Below, in pieces: positions 27,293 through 41,706 of a stretch of 64,000 nucleotides of DNA (positions within the stretch are counted from its first letter, which is position 1; each line of letters starts with the position of its first letter). Under the pieces are notes generated by a model. That model searched no databases. It was not told the origin of the DNA and saw nothing but the letters and a program-made list of their open reading frames with translations. The translations under genes were made by a program, and so were the position numbers. This DNA comes from Octopus vulgaris (lineage: Eukaryota). The stretch is from the NCBI GenBank assembly GCA_951406725.2, contig OX597827.1:38378001-38442000 (forward strand). Direction: 5' to 3'.

Positions 27293-28075
27293 GAGAAAGA
27301 CCAACATAAAAGAGACACACACTCACATATATGTGGACAAGAGAGTAGAGGCACTTTGTTATGCATAGACAGATACTAAGACTTCTTGTTCAGGTGTGTG
27401 TGTGTGTATAACAATATGTCTATTGTGTGTGTCTGTGTGTTGTTTGTGAATGTATCTGTGTCTTTTTGTATCTTTTTATCTTCTACTTGTTTCAGTCATT
27501 GTGTTGTGGCCATACTGTGGCACCAGCTTGATGTGTTGAGTAAATCAATCCTAGTACTTTTTTTTTTAATCTGATACTTATTCTATTGGTCTTTTTTACC
27601 AAATCACTATTTTATGAAGATGTAAACAAACCAACACTCGTTATCAAGCTATGGTGAGACACAAATACACACATTTATACAACAGGCTTCCTCGCAGTTT
27701 CCATTTACTAAATTTACTAAATTCAGTGCTATAGTAGAAGACATTTGCCCAAGGTACCATGCAGTGGAACTGAACCTGGTACATGTTACCAAGTCATGCT
27801 TACTCCTGAATGGCTACCAGCTATACTATACTAACAACCACCATCTTCATAAAGCAAGAGTGAGAGTTGTTGTTAATTAATTGATTTTGTTGTTGAATGT
27901 CTGAAATACTGCTAATTATTCAGCAGGGAAATAGGAGAACTTGTTTGTCAGCCAGGTAGTCTGAGGCAAGCACAGTTATGTATTTTTCCTGGGGACTCAA
28001 CTCAAGAGAAAGAGTATAGTTTATAGCAAGGCTTGAACTACCGTCTCTGTGATCTGTAATCCTGCATCTTCAGGG

Positions 28076-28390
28076 TAAAGGGTAAAAGCTCCCTTCGGTC
28101 ATGAATGACCATTGGATTGCACCTAGAAAGTTATTCTCCAAGTTCGGGCAAGGTTGTTTACGGAAGACTAGTAGTTACCCATGCATACCAGTCTTCCCTT
28201 TCTACACCGCCAATGTTATCCATAGGAAAGGCAAATGTCAATACAGCTTGGCACTAGTGACATTGCAACTTGTTTTTACGGCTGAGTGAACTGGAACAAC
28301 ATGAAAATAAAGTGTCTTGCTCAAGAACATGACACACAGCCCGGTCCAAGAATTGAATTCACCACCTCATGATTGTGAGCCACTGAACCT
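28076..28390 (-). mobile_element. tRNA-derived SINE (second family)
   Basis: Homologous to 9645-9918 and 53614-53940; minus-strand head with gagttcaattc B-box-like motif and tcttgagcaagacact. Confidence 0.7.
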
Positions 28391-28659
28391 TGCACTATCA
28401 CAAAGTGTGAGATGCTTACAGCACCTAAGTTTTCCAAGCAGTTACCCATCTATGTACCTCCTAGGTTTGATGAGATGATGTGATCAGATGAGAACCGGTG
28501 CATTCAACATGATGTGGCGACAAGGAATCCAGCACTTTCACCTCAATGATAATGTTTAGGATTGAGTCAGTTACTTTTTTTTCTGTGATAATAGTCAACA
28601 AAATCCTCAATGGGCCATTGTCCAGATCTCACCTGTGGGTAGGTTGAACCTGGTGCTGA

Positions 28660-29140
28660 AATAAAATGATAATAGAATTGAATAGAATAGAAATAATGTA
28701 GAAACAGAATGGGAATAGAAGTAGATTATAATAGAAATAAATAAAAGAATACAAGCGGGACAGAATAGAAATGAAATAGAAGACGAATAGAATAGGATAC
28801 AAGTAGAACTGAACATAAATAAAGTAGATCAGAAGGAAAATAGAAATAAGAACAAGTAGAGCTGAATAGAATAGAAACAGAATAAATTAGAATAGAAATA
28901 AAATGGAAATAGAACAGAACAGAACAGAAATAGAACAGAATACAAGTAGAAACAGAATGGAACTAGAATATTGTAGGAAAGGAAATGGAATGGAAATAGA
29001 ATAATAATAGAATGGAATACAAATAGAATTGTTCAACATACATGTACAGATGTATGTTAAACCGTTACTCCAGTCTACTCGGCTGTAACTGAGTGCCAAC
29101 TATATAGAATAAAAATAGATTAGTATAGAATAGAAATAGG
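28660..29140. repeat. Degenerate (AATAG)n pentamer satellite
   Basis: Repeated aatag/aacag/aaatag units with a strongly purine-rich + strand. Confidence 0.85.
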
Positions 29141-29731
29141 TTTGATAAAAAAAGGAAAAGAAAAGAGAAATGAAAGTATGCAAACAGTTGCTACCACTAT
29201 GACCATTTTATATCAACAGGTTGTTTAAACCATTGGTTCTGAACCAGGTTCTCGTCCTTACAACCCTTGTGGGGTTGTTATAAGATTTTGATGTCAAAAG
29301 TTTATCTGTAACACAGTATTTCAACAATTTCTTTATACAATTCCTGATAATATTTAATTATAAAAATATAATACAAATTTTTTAACCATCAATTATTTAA
29401 GAGGGTCCATCTGACTAGAATAGGAGTCAAAGACTTCCTTAAGTAATGAATAGTTAAGAAACACTGGTTTAAACCCGAGAAGAAGCCTCTTTGTGGTCAC
29501 TCTGCTTGCTAGAAACAACAACTAAATCATCCTCAAATCACACCCTACGCTCTTGGAAAAGGATATGCTGAATAATATTATGGTCTTGAATTCCTTGCTC
29601 CTAGTAAAAGGATGGGATGGGGATGGCCACTGCTGGAATGCTTTTCATGTTAGGTCTGCTTGGTGAAGGCTGATTTGGTTCTAAACTGCAACAGCAGAAT
29701 GTTTCCTAAATATCACATGGCTATTGGTTAA

Positions 29732-29951
29732 CTCTTTAGCATTTAAACCAGCCACATGCAGCCAAAATATTCTTCCTGTTTTATGTTCAAACCAGCCATA
29801 TCTCACCTCTCACACCTACCCTACAATGTCATTCTCGATAGAAACATTCACATTATCGAAATCTCAAAGCTATGAGATACTACATAATTAATTGAAATTA
29901 ACATGAATAAATAAGCAATACATTTGACAGAGTAATCTGAATGTTAAAGGG
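29732..29951. mobile_element. piggyBac-like MITE, about 220-bp family
   Basis: ttaa|ctctttagcatt ... aatgttaaaggg|ttaa. Other copies at 18941-19168, 53281-53499, 55640-55859, 56165-56336 and 58509-58728. Confidence 0.85.
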
Positions 29952-32071
29952 TTAAAGATTCACTCACTAACACACTGCTGTGGTACTGTGATCCTTATTT
30001 ATATCTAAGACAGGTTGAGTTGGCTAAAATGGCTACTTGCTACACTATGCATAAAATACAAAATATTTTACTTTTTTGTAGATTAGATAGGCATAATTTG
30101 CTCCTGCCTTTCAATCTCGGTATTAAAGCTATGCATAGAACTGCTGTAGTACATGTGCTGCGTACATTCCTACAACAATGTTTTCTTTATGCGCTATAAA
30201 GGCAGAAGTAAGTCTGCCTCCAACTCAGTCGCATGTCTGTGTTTCGCTTATTTTTTTGTCTGTTTTACTACATAAACATCACCAACTGCCTACCCTGAGT
30301 AATTACTGGCAACACATGCCTGCTAAGAACACATCACCCACTAACACACTACAACTTAGATATTAAGGGCAAAAACTCCCAAAATATGGCATATACATAT
30401 ACCCACTACCCATTTTTCACCTCCGATCTCATTGTTTGTTTACATCTGATGTCTCAGATATGAAATATAACAAAAATCAGTGCTGGCTATGATTTCTATA
30501 GAATATCTTGTAGAGATAAACTTAACAAATGACTACAACTTAGGGTATACACACACACATGCTCTGTTTCTTCTTCACCCTCTCTCTCCTTCCCCCATCT
30601 CTCTCTCTCCCTCTGCATATTCTATCACTAGTGCAATGGCCTCTGATCTTTCTGAAAACATAACCAGTTGCATACCACCTGCACTCAAGGCTACTTGGCA
30701 CATTCATCTCCTCACGACCCTTACTGTATCATACTTCAAATCTAGTTCTCATCACATTTCCCAATCCAGTCCTACATCCCCTGAGTGCCCATCTCCCTGG
30801 AATTCCCTCTTCACTTGAAATGTTCTCTTTTTTTCCCCTCATAGGTGTCTACTTTAGATACTTTCAATCTTAATTTCAGGCATAATGATCTCATCCATTT
30901 CAGAGTGCCTGTGAAGCTCATGGGCATAACCCCATCCCCCTACCCCTCACCTTCTCTTGGATAAACCATAAAAAAAAGAAGAAGAAGAAATAGAGAATGG
31001 ATTGAACAATTTTCTGATGCAACAATGCACTGCAGAAATTTCTATTTCCTTTTTTTTTTTAAATGTTTATGTTGCATTCTTAGAATCAGCAATGCAACCC
31101 CAGTGGGTATTTTTCTTCACAACAGTCAAAGACATTTTTTTTTCTTCTCTCCACCTCACCCCACTGTCTTCTAAAAATAACTCTGCCACCATGAAAATGT
31201 TTCGACTTTCAGTGAAATTCTAAATTCTTTTCCGATCCATATTGGTTGGTGGGAACCAGCAGTATATTTGATGATTCTACTAACATCATGTCAGAGACAA
31301 AACTAGTAGAACAAGCACTTGCAACAAATGCTGACTTTTGTTTTTTGTTGTTGTTTTTTTGTTTGTTTTTTTTTTGTTTTTTTCCTAAGTAGGTTGGGAG
31401 GAGCAGAAAAAATGCCAAACAAATCAGACACACTAGTCATATACTATGATGGACGTTCAATTTTAATTTTTATTGATTAGAAAATTAGCTTGAATTGAAT
31501 TGTGAAATTGCATTTATTTTTGATTTGCTTTGTTTTATTTTTTGTGTTTTATTGTTTTTTTTATTTTTTATTTTTTTAAGAGAGTGGTAAATTGGCATCT
31601 CTCATAGAATTTCATCCATAATTTGTATGTTTTGGGTAGTAAGACAGACAAACAAACCAAAAAAAAAAAAAAAAAGGAAATGGAAAAAAATTTAATCATG
31701 TAGTTTCGGGTGTCTACTGAAATCGGTCCATTGTTCTGGCTCTAGAATCAATAATTTAAAGTGCTGGTTTCTTTTGCCATTCTCCCAAATGTTAAAAGGT
31801 TATTCTGAACAAAACCCATATTTTGATGTCAATCGAAGCAGGTATTCTGTGTCCAGAAACTAATTTGTTTTGTGAATGATATTGATTAAATGTGTGTGTA
31901 TGTGGAGGAGAATAATTGATTTAGTACAGAGACAGAATGGCCGGGTAGTAGATAGGGGTATTGCACTACCTGCTTAAGAGTTAAGATCAAACCTGCTTAC
32001 TGGCAAATTCATTTTGATTCTGGACAAGTTCTTTTAATCTCTTTATTTTCACTACCCTAGTTCACCTGTTA

Positions 32072-32380
32072 GTGGAGGTACATGGCCTAATGGTTAGAGC
32101 AGCGAACTCGCAGTCGAGGAATTGTGGGTTCGAATCTCAGACCGGGCGATGTGTGTGTTTATGAGCAAAACACTTAAGCTCCACCCGGCTCCAACAGAAG
32201 GTAATGGCAAACTTCTGCTGGCTCTTTTGCCACAACTTTCTCTCACTCTTTCCTCCTGCATCTTGCAGCTCACCTGTGATGGATCAGCGTCCCATCCAGA
32301 TGGGGAACCTATACGCCAAAGAAACCGGGAAACCGGCCCATATGAGCCAGGCGTGGCTCGAGGAGGAACAAACAACAGTT
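32072..32380 (+). mobile_element. tRNA-derived SINE
   Basis: A box tggcctaatggttagagc and B box ggttcgaatc, followed by non-tRNA body and aacaaca tail; related head at 50310-50607 (-). Confidence 0.8.
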
Positions 32381-34624
32381 CACCTGTCAGATCATCATCA
32401 TCATCATCATTTAACATCCATTTTCCGTGCTGGCATCACTTGGACAGTTTGTCAGTATCTGGCTGGCAGCCAGGGTTGTGTCAAGCTCAAGTGTTAGCTT
32501 CGGTCTAAGTTTCTATGACTAGTACCCTTCCTAATGCCAACCACTTTAGAATGTGGACTAGGTGGCCCTTTTTTTTTTTATTTATTTTTTTTGTGCCAGT
32601 AGTATTACTGATGTTGCCAAGTAACACAACCATCCCCTTGACAAGGGGCAGGGGGCGAGGAAGGGAGGTTGATTGGTTTTAAGCTTGGTGTTGAGGAGTT
32701 GAAGTATGATCGAGAGACAGATAGGGAGACAAGCACAGGTCTCTTGCTACAGAGAATATACATGGCTATCAAGCATTATATAAAGATGAATGAGAGTAGC
32801 TGAGAAGATAATAAAGATAAGTGATGGAATACTGGAGCAAACACTCAAGGTACAAGACTATTGGCATGTTAACAATACTTTGTTTCATTGCTTTAATTTG
32901 CTATGGAGCATAACAATAGATTTTTAGCCAATAATGTTTGTTACAAGAATGTAAATGTGTACATGTTGTGTATAGAGGTGTAATGGTTACATTCATCCTA
33001 ACATAAAGTGTTGGCTAGACATCTATAGATATGTTCTATCGTACATTGTAGAGTAGATGTTGATAGGTGACAGATCAATGTGGGGATGTTTGACAACAAC
33101 CCAGAGTCTACCGTTTATCTTGGTCTTCACCATTGTTATAAGTTGGCTCTAGATTCTTGTTCAGATTTTTTTGAGTTCCACATGATGGCCAATTCCATCA
33201 TGTTAAACTCTGTGCATGCAAACAAGTGAATCTCCAACATATTCAGTTGACCTGCTAAAAATGACATCCAGCTTTCTCTCTCTCTCTCAAACAACACTGT
33301 AATGTCTTTAAACAAATGGAAGGATATAGTAGATAATATATTTCTAGCTACCTCTTAAAAGGTAGGATGGCCATGGTTGGAATATCTTTTACTTGAGGTT
33401 GAATAACATAGCAACAGTTAGTCAAGCATTGTGAGATGTATATCCTGTTCAGGTATGCAGGATGAGTCTTAGAATTGCTTTGAAGGAACAGCTACCCAAG
33501 TGACCAATAAATTGTTAGTCTTCAGAATAAAAGAACATGTTTTGTACCTTTATATAAGGTTGCATCACAGTTCTTCTTTACTAATACATTTTGTTGTCAA
33601 TTCATTCTGTCTGCTAACATATGTGTCCATGGCCAACACAATTTTAGCTCTCAAATGCCTCAGTTCACCTGTTTCTAAACATGTAGCACTTAGTTACCAC
33701 AGGCAAATACTCTCAGCTCAACTACTACAAGCGTATATAAACCACATAGCTGCATATAGGTATCATGTTGAGCTACAATCAATTTAATCTGTTCCATGAG
33801 TCAATGCAGCCCCCAGATATTTACTTCATAAGAATGGTTCACTACTTCTATTTTCTCTCTCTAACTTTGTAATCATGGCTCACTGTATTTTCTTTTTATT
33901 ACTTTTAAAGTACTGATTCCAAATGTCTAAATGTTGGAGATTAGTTAATTAAATTACAATTTTTTAGGTTATTAACATCATTTTTAGTGATTAAAATATA
34001 ATGTTGATATAATTTTTAAAACATATCTGAGCTTAATAGTCCAACAAATTCTGTTTTGTGTATTATTTTAATCAAACTTTTGACAGTTCTTGCTAGTGTA
34101 CCAAAATAATGGTCTTGTAATACCCGCTAGTGGAAGGTGATATTCTGTTGAATTTTGACTTATTTCCCTTCATATCAATACCAAAAACATTCCCCCAAGA
34201 CCCACCGTCAACAAATTCCTTTACATTTGTCAAACTAGGGACCACACGAACTAGTGGGGGAGCTTTGATGTAGTCACATATAATGTACTCTGTGTCACAG
34301 TTAAATTTCCCTTCCTTGATATCACTTGAAAAATATGAGCCAGGGGAACTTTTAAGCAATCACTGAGACTGTTCAATATGTCATTCAAATCTTTCACAAC
34401 AAACTGCTCCCCCCACCTCCATCACCACCACCACCACAATTCTTTAAGATAGGGTCTATATGAGCCATTTAGAGAACATCGTAGTACAATCACAACTGTC
34501 TGCTCAAAACTGCTTAATGCTAAAATCTTAATAACCAACATACTTTTTTCTTGCTCATTCACAGTAAAAGCAAGATCTTCACTGCTGGTCAAAGGTTGAT
34601 TTGTCCAGCAAAATTTTTATATCT

Positions 34625-35038
34625 GCATAGGAGTGGCTGTGTGGTAAGTAGCTTGCTTATGAACCACATGATTCCGGGTTCAGTCCCACTGCGTGGCACC
34701 TTGGGCAAGTGTCTTCTACTATAGCCTCGGGCCGACCAAAGCCTTGTGAGTGGGTCTGGTAGACAGAAACTGAAAGAAGCCCATTGTATATATGTATATA
34801 TATATATATGTGTATGTGTGTATACATGTTTGTGTGTCTGTGTTTGTCTCCCCTCCCCCCAACATCGCTTGACAATCGATGCTGGTGTGTTTACGTCCCT
34901 GTCACTTAGCGGTTTGGCAAAATAGACCGATAGAATAAGTACTAGGCTTACAAAGAATAAGTCCTGGGGTCAATTTGCTCTACTAAAGGTGGTGCTCCAG
35001 CATGGCCACAGTCAAATGATTGAAACAAGTAAAAGAGA
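34625..35038 (+). mobile_element. SINE family A, full length
   Basis: ggagtggctgtgtggtaagtagcttgc...gggttcagtcccactgcgtggcacc...gaaacaagtaaaagag; an older copy follows at 35130-35520. Confidence 0.9.
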
Positions 35039-36448
35039 TATCCGAAGCTGAGTTATTTGACTGTACACTTCTAGAGTATATGATTGCCCACCACTCCAGT
35101 AGGTATACCATTACTTGTACTTACTTATTAGGTGCAGGCATGGTTGTGTGATATGGAGTTTGCTTCCCAACCACATGGTGGTAGGTTCAGTCCCACTGCA
35201 TGGCACCTCAGACAAGTGTCTTCTTTCTTTCGCCTCAGGTCAACCAAATCTTTGTGTGTGGATTTGATTGATGGAAACTGAAAGAAACTCATCGTGTATG
35301 TTTGTGTGTGTGTGTGCCTTTGTGTCTGTGTTTGTCCCCCATCACCACTTGATAACCGGTGTTGGTGTGTTTACATCCCTGTAACTTAGATTGAGTACCA
35401 GACTTTAAAAAGTAAGTACTGGGGTTGATTTGTTCAGCTAAAATTCTTCAAGGTGGTGCTTCAGCATAGCCACAGTCTAATGACAGAAACAAGTAAAACA
35501 AAGAAAAAAAAAACAAAAGATGAGTGAAGGGTCTCACTACATGGTTACTCAACCTGCTAGATATAGCAGCCAGACCTCTGTCAAACCACGCTCTACTTAC
35601 TTTTTTATTAAAAAGAGATACACATGGGATAATAATGTCCAGGCATAATTATGCCTGAAACAAAGACATGTTGGACACAGCTTGATATGCTTGGGAATGT
35701 TGGTCTACTCAGCTAGGGCTCACCTGGGGCTGCATAACCCTACCTAATGCTAACCCAATGGCAACAACTCATTCAATCAGATTTCACTCAAACTACTCAA
35801 CTACAACAATAAGACCAACAACGACAGCAATAATGACAGTAACAGCAACAACACCAACAACAACAACAACAAAAGACAGGTACACCCACTCACTGTCTGC
35901 AGTTCTGTTTAGTCTAAACAGAATGAAGGTACACAACAACAACAAAAACAACAACAAGTAGCAGTAGCAGTAACAAATACACCCACACAGTGTCTGCAAT
36001 TCTGTTAAATCTAAAATGACTATAGCTGCACAAATTCAACCACCACAACATTTATGCTAGCTGAGCATTTTTTTACATACCCAATATTGCCATTCAAACT
36101 TATTATAACTGTGTATCTAATGAGTAAATTGCTTATGTGTTTTAATTAACTTTCGATATAATTAATATTTTGAAGAATTTTTAAAGTTTTTAAAGTTTTT
36201 TTGTTTTTGCATAAAAGATCTGTTGGTGTATATACTATATTTGGTGTGGGTGTGTGTACAGATGCAAACATGGATATAGGCACAGGTATGGCTATGTGGG
36301 AAGAGATTTGTTTTCCATCCACATGGTTCCAGGTTCAATCCCACCGTGTGACACCTTGATCAAGTGACTTCTACTGTAGTCTCCAACTGTAGTCTCCAGC
36401 TAACCAAAGCCTTGTAAGTGGTTTTGGTAGACAGAAACTGAAAGAAAC

Positions 36449-36490
<42 letters not shown>

Positions 36491-36530
36491 TAAAAAAATG
36501 GAGTTAACGCAGGTGTAATCAAATATTTTT

Positions 36531-36616
36531 ACTTTCGACACACGTTTCGAAAATTCCACTGATACTATTCAAAAGAATAAATGGTATAAACAATGCAATC
36601 TTCTCCTCAGGAAAGT
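36531..36616 (-). ncRNA. Type I hammerhead ribozyme, canonical core
   Basis: Minus RNA: ACUUUC-CUGAGGA-GAAGAUUGCAUUG...CAGUGGAAUUUUC-GAAAC-GUGU-GUC^GAAAGU. 6-bp stem I, 13-position stem II with one mismatch, and all conserved core nucleotides present. Confidence 0.85.
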
Positions 36617-38225
36617 GAAAAAAACGAAACTCGTCAATAAGATCAAGTGACTTCTACTGTAGTCTCCAGCTAACCAAAGCCTTGTGTGTCTGTGTTTGTT
36701 CCACCACCACTGACAACTGGTGTTGGTATGTTTACATCCCCATAATCCAACAGTTCAGCAAAAGTGACTGACAGAATAAATACTAGGATTAAAAGAAAGA
36801 GTAGTGGAGTCAATTCTTGAGGGCAGTGCCCCAGCATGGCCACAACCTGATGACTGAAACAAGTAATTTGACTGCAGCCATGCAACAGCACCACCTTTCG
36901 TCAAACAAATTGACCCCAGGGCTTATTCTTTGTAAGCCTAGTACTTACTCTATTGGTCTGTTTTGCTAAACCACTAAGTTACGGGGACATAAACACACCA
37001 ACATTGGTTGTCAAGCAATGGTTGAGGGACAAGCACAGACACTCAAATATATACATACACACACATACGCACACACACCTATAAACAGGCTCCTTTCAGT
37101 TTCCGTCTACGAAATCCACTCACAAGGCTTTGGTCGGCCTGAGGTTATATATATAGCAGAAGACACTTGCCCAAGATGCCACACAGTGGGACTGAACCCT
37201 GAACTATGTGGTTGGGAACCAAGCTTCTTACCACACACACACACACACAGACGCAAGTGTGGCTGTGTGTGTGTGTGTATCACCATTTAACTTCCATGAT
37301 CCATGCTGGCATGGTTTGCACTATTTGACAGGATCTGATGTCTCCATTGTGCTTCACTGTCTGCTTTGGCATGATTTCTACAACCAGGTACCTTTCCTGA
37401 TGCCAACCACTTTACTGCATGTACTAGGTGACCCTCACATCCTTTTTTTTTTTTTTGTGCCTCTGGCACAAGTGAAGTTGTCATACAGCTTACATGACCA
37501 TGAACTCCAAGGTGGGGATTACTATGATAGATGAGGTGTTAACGTATGAGACTGGGTAGAGGGAACAGAACAGGTTCTTGTTGTAGAGCAGCTACATGGC
37601 TACTCGCATTTAGAAGAGAGGCTGAAAATGATGAGCAGAAGCTGCAAAGAGATAATGGTGGTGAGGTGTCCAGGTGACCTTCTCCCCACATTGATCAAGT
37701 TAAGTAGGAGTGAGGGCAGAGAAACTCCGCTCATTGATCAAAGTGTAAGGTGAGTAGAAGTGAGGGTATTTAGGGTGGGAGAGTGGAGGTTTGCGATAGT
37801 GTATGGTGTGAAGTAAGAGATAGGCAACAACTGCAAGGATTGGAAAGAGTTAAAGGGTGGATGTAGGGAGTTGTAGATAGCTCCGCACGACCATTATGAG
37901 TTGGGAAAGGTAGAGGGATGCAGAAGAGAGTTGGAAAGGGAGTAGGGACATCAAAGGGTTAATAATGATGATACAGTTGATAGAGAAGATGACAAGAGTG
38001 ACAAGATACATGGTAGGGAAGGTCACATGAGTGGAATGGGGGAGGTATAGTGGACCTGTTGAAATATCATGATCTCGTTCTTGTTGTGAGTTCTTAGTTG
38101 AGATTTTAATTTAAACATAAACACTTACTAAGACATACCTACACAAGGGTTCTCTCCACCCCTGTCCCTAATTGTTTTTACATAACATACTGTTATTACG
38201 AAGTTATTTTATTCAAATATTCTTT

Positions 38226-38420
38226 CTTTACTATTTTACATGTTTCAGTCATTTGACTGTGGCCATGATGGAGCACTGCCTTTAGTCGAGCAAATCGACC
38301 CCAGGACTTATTCTTTGTAAACCTAGTACTTATTCTATCGGTCTCTTTTGCCTAACCACTAAGTTACAGGGATGTAAACACACCAGCATCAGTTGTCAAG
38401 CGATGTTGGGGGGACAGAGA
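38226..38420 (-). mobile_element. SINE family A, 3' half
   Basis: Reverse complement of about 42040-42225. Confidence 0.85.
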
Positions 38421-38892
38421 CTGAAACACATAAAAGAATACAAGAATAAAGGCCATGTGATTCGACTTTAAAATATAGTGAAGCTGCATCCATGTGATCA
38501 GAGATATCGATGAATCGGTTAATTATAAAAACAGTGAATTACAACCTACGCTTGTGTTCTTATTGCAAAAATGACCCTCCTAACATACAATGAAATTGCT
38601 TTCGCTTTAAAAAGTCTTGTAAAAACATACAGGGAAAGCTTGTGTGTGTGAGAAAGAGAGAGAGAGTATATATGTGTATTTGTGTGAGAGAGAGAGAGAG
38701 AGAGAGAAAGTCTGTGTGTGTGTCTATGAGCATCACTTTCATATATCCCCGGTATCTTTTTTATACATTTTGTGTGTGCATAAGAGTCTTTGTGTATGTG
38801 TTCGAGCAAATGTGTGTATGTGTGTGTTTGGCTCTATTAGTTTCACATTCATATACTTCAGGTTTCTTTTTTTATACATTGTGTGTGTTAAG

Positions 38893-39399
38893 TCGGCGAG
38901 CTGGCAGACACATTCGAGCACTGGGCGAAATGCTTAGCGATATTTCGTCTGTCGTTACGTTCTGAGTTCAAATTCCGCCGAGGTCAACTTTGCCTTTCAT
39001 CCTTTCGGGGTCGATAAATTAAGTACCAGTTATGCACTGGGGTCGATGTAATCAACTTAATACCTATGTCTGTCCTTGTTTGTCCCCTCTATGTTTAGCC
39101 CCTTGTGGGTAATAAAGAAATAGGTATTTCGCCTGTCGTTACGTTCTGAGTTCAAATTCCGCTGAAGTCGACATTGCCTTTCATCCTTCCGGGGTTGATT
39201 AAATAAAGTACCAGTTATGCACTGGGGTCGATGTAATCGACTTAATACCTACGTCTGTCTTTGTTTGTTCCTTCTATGTTTAGCCCCTTGTGGGTAATAA
39301 AGAAATAGGTATTTCGTTTGTCGTTACGTTTTGAGTTCAAATTCCACTGAGGTTGACTTTGCCTTTCATCCTTTCGGGCCCTGTGGGCAATAAAGAAAT
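38893..39399 (+). mobile_element. SINE family B, tandem trimer
   Basis: One full head, then two units restarting at ggtatttcg (about 39123 and 39308). Confidence 0.85.
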
Positions 39400-40030
39400 A
39401 TGTACATTGTGTGTGTGTCTGTGTATGTGTTTAATGCTACTTCTATGTTTAATCACTATGCATACATGTATTTTTTCAATGTATGCATGTATGTATGCAT
39501 GTGTCTACATATGATAATTAACCTGTGTGTTTATTTGCCAAGGAGATTGTGTTGAAGTAGGAGGCTGTCAAATGACAAAGAGGGGATAAGTTGAATGAAA
39601 GGATGTGTTTATCACATTACTCTGACATTTTACTTTCATTTTACTTGTAAAGTAAACACACTAAGTGATATATAAAATATTTCCAAAAGAAGAGAAAATT
39701 TAATATTTAATTTCATTTGTGTGTGTATGTGAGTGTGCATGCACACACACACAGTTTTCTCTCTTTTTTACTCTTTCGTTGCAGCTTCTGTATATGTTTA
39801 TCTCTCTTTCTCTTCCCTCTCTCCCTCCCTTCTCTATCTCTCTTCCTGTCTCCCTTTCCACCATTCTCCCCCTTCCCCTTCTCTATCTCTTTCCTCTATT
39901 CTCTCTCTCTCTCTCTTTCCTCCATTCTCTCTCTCTCTCTATCTTTCTTTTTCTGTCTCTGATAAAGATATCCATTGTATATAAATTGTTTACATTCTCA
40001 CTTTTTTTCTTTTTTTCTCTTTCATTGCAG

Positions 40031-40266
40031 CTTGTACATACTTATGTTGGTGAACAGCACATATCTACATTGGTGAACAGTACATACCTATGTTGGTGAA
40101 CAGCACATTCATGTGCTGGTGAACAGCACATACCTATGCTGGTGAACACTACCTACATGTGCTGGTAACCAGTACATACCTATGTTAATGAACAGCACAT
40201 ATCTACATTCATGAACAGCTCATCCCTATATTGGTGAACAGTACATATATATGTAGTGATGAACAG
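40031..40266 (+). repeat. Minisatellite, 23-bp monomer with 46-bp higher-order unit
   Basis: About 10 copies of ggtgaacagcacatacctatgtt variants; ATG/ATA recurs at 40044, 40090, 40136, 40182 and 40228. Confidence 0.9.
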
Positions 40267-40394
40267 TCTGTTAAAGTTTCACTAAATTGTTGAATTCTCT
40301 GGGTGTGGTTACTGTAAAAGACAGTAAAACATCTGACCCTTGAACATCTCTGCACCCCTTATCCCCACTCCCTGTTTCTCAGTCTTGCCCTATT

Positions 40395-40776
<382 letters not shown>

Positions 40777-41088
40777 TAATAGAGAGAGAGAGAAAAAGTG
40801 TGTATGAAAGAAGAAAACCAGTTTTATTTTGATTGTTCAGTTTTGATGTATTGTTCTCTGTGTGCTTGTTGCTGTTGTTGTTGTGCCTCTTGACCGACTT
40901 TGACCAAACAGATCTATGGCCATAGGCAATCTAACTGTGACCATCTCTTCTTTTTGTACATTTTTTGCATTTTATTTTCAACCACGGTGTATCAAGGACT
41001 ACATTATCTGTTGTCTGCACTTTCTAGCAGGCTCAGCAATTGTGTTCATGTTCTCTTGTGGTCTCAAAGTATTGGTGATGGCGGCAGC

Positions 41089-41128
<40 letters not shown>

Positions 41129-41706
41129 ATTATGTGTTCTCATGTGGTGGGAGGTTTAAATAAATTACAAGATTACAGGTTCGTATGACCCAACTTTTCA
41201 ACAGTTCATTTATGTTCTGTGTTATTATCATCATTATCATAGCCATAACTATTTGAATTTGTTTCATCATTATTACCATCGTTTAACATCTGCTTTCCAT
41301 GCTGGCATAGGTTTGACTGAGGACTGGTAAGCCAGAAGGTTGCACCAGGCTCCAATCTGATCTGGCAAGGTTTCTACAGCTGGATGCCCATCCTAACGCC
41401 AACCACTCCAAGAGTGTAGTGGGTGCTATTTACATGCCACTGGCATGGGAGCCAGTCAGGCAGAACTGGCAATGACCACACTCGAATAGTGCTTTTTATG
41501 TGCCACTGGAATAGGAGCCAGTCAGGCAACACTGGCAACGACCACACTCGAATGATGCTTTTTACGCGCCACTAGCACGGGAGCCAATCCAGTGAGACTG
41601 GCATCAACCATGCTCAAATGGTGCCTTTTACGTGCCTGATTCATAATATTAATTAACAAAGTTCCAACTAAGTACTGAGGCTGGTGTACTTGATTTTTCC
41701 CCACAT

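Noticed and set aside
32072-32145. Possible tRNA genes at SINE heads
   Set aside because: A/B boxes are present, but the heads continue into repeated SINE bodies and lack a clean cloverleaf.
34093-34359. 88-aa non-repetitive minus-strand ORF
   Set aside because: No recognisable motif or clear splice context; probably a decayed transposon fragment. Would need BLAST.
40031-40266. CRISPR-like regular repeat spacing
   Set aside because: The intervening segments are variants of each other, not unique spacers; eukaryotic context with no cas genes.
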